Assembly: GCA_030691625.1 (NCBI GenBank)
Contig: JAUYDX010000042.1
Coordinates: forward strand, 463 to 64,462
DNA: 64,000 nt
Source of the DNA: Candidatus Omnitrophota bacterium
Lineage (GTDB): Bacteria > Omnitrophota > Gorgyraeia > Gorgyraeales > Gorgyraeaceae
Reading direction: 5' to 3'
Content: more notes on this DNA, generated by a model
What the model saw: the letters and a program-made list of their open reading frames with translations, nothing else
The model's database searches: none
Told to the model about the DNA's origin: nothing
DNA letters: not shown here
Position numbering within the stretch: position 1 is the first letter of the stretch

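Noticed and set aside
1-64000. Search for tRNA or rRNA genes, promoters, terminators, insertion sequences, transposase or integrase motifs, and inverted terminal repeats
   Set aside because: No intergenic space exists in the window, since frame +1 is open throughout. No transposase or integrase signatures (DDE or tyrosine-recombinase motifs) were recognised in the translation. No rRNA-like conserved blocks or tRNA cloverleaf candidates stood out.

Overview
The whole 64,000-bp window appears to be one uninterrupted open reading frame on the + strand (frame +1, codons starting at position 1). It would be an internal fragment of a giant gene encoding more than 21,300 aa, with neither start nor stop in view. 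I translated six long stretches by hand (1-1800, 17041-17640, 33001-34260, 47701-48420, 56401-57060, 60541-61020) and met no stop codon in frame +1. The supplied ORF track has no + strand frame-1 entry at all, and every ORF it lists (minus strand or + frames 2/3) is short. Those ORFs are therefore taken as non-coding shadows of the giant ORF. There is no intergenic space, so no promoters, terminators, RNA genes, CRISPR arrays or mobile elements can be supported.

The protein has a striking modular architecture:
- (i) An N-terminal region (~1-2100) with a recurring WTAxxDxxGxLxAV-type module.
- (ii) A beta-rich repeat region of more than 10 kb (~3700-14300). It is built from a ~20-aa motif (V/I)T(V/I)xENYExG...(S/T)Q..WK organised into higher-order arrays: ~950-bp super-repeats, a 7-unit ~300-bp tandem array, and a 549-bp near-identical tandem array.
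- (iii) YD/RHS-like repeats (~15400-16870), followed by a hydrophobic, Ala/Gly/Thr-rich membrane segment.
- (iv) A clan-PA (S1, trypsin-like) serine protease domain with a clear His/Asp/Ser triad (~33990-34560). It sits between two polytopic membrane domains. The first membrane domain and the protease are bracketed by an identical 20-bp GC-rich direct repeat encoding PRAVPGA.
- (v) At least seven further transmembrane-helix clusters.
- (vi) A duplicated ~210-aa domain of unknown function (42.1-42.7 kb and 43.8-44.4 kb).
- (vii) A strong RelA/SpoT-family nucleotide pyrophosphokinase (alarmone-synthetase-like) domain (~60480-61080).
- (viii) A uridine-kinase/phosphoribulokinase-family P-loop kinase domain, truncated by the window end (~63570-64000).

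Overall this looks like a fragment of a giant multi-effector, adhesin- and polymorphic-toxin-like megaprotein, of the kind reported from Omnitrophota and other ultra-small or predatory bacteria. It includes a candidate self-processing protease module and a nucleotide-modifying enzymatic pair. All domain calls are from motif recognition by eye and need HMM or structure-based confirmation. The near-identical tandem repeats are a mis-assembly risk.
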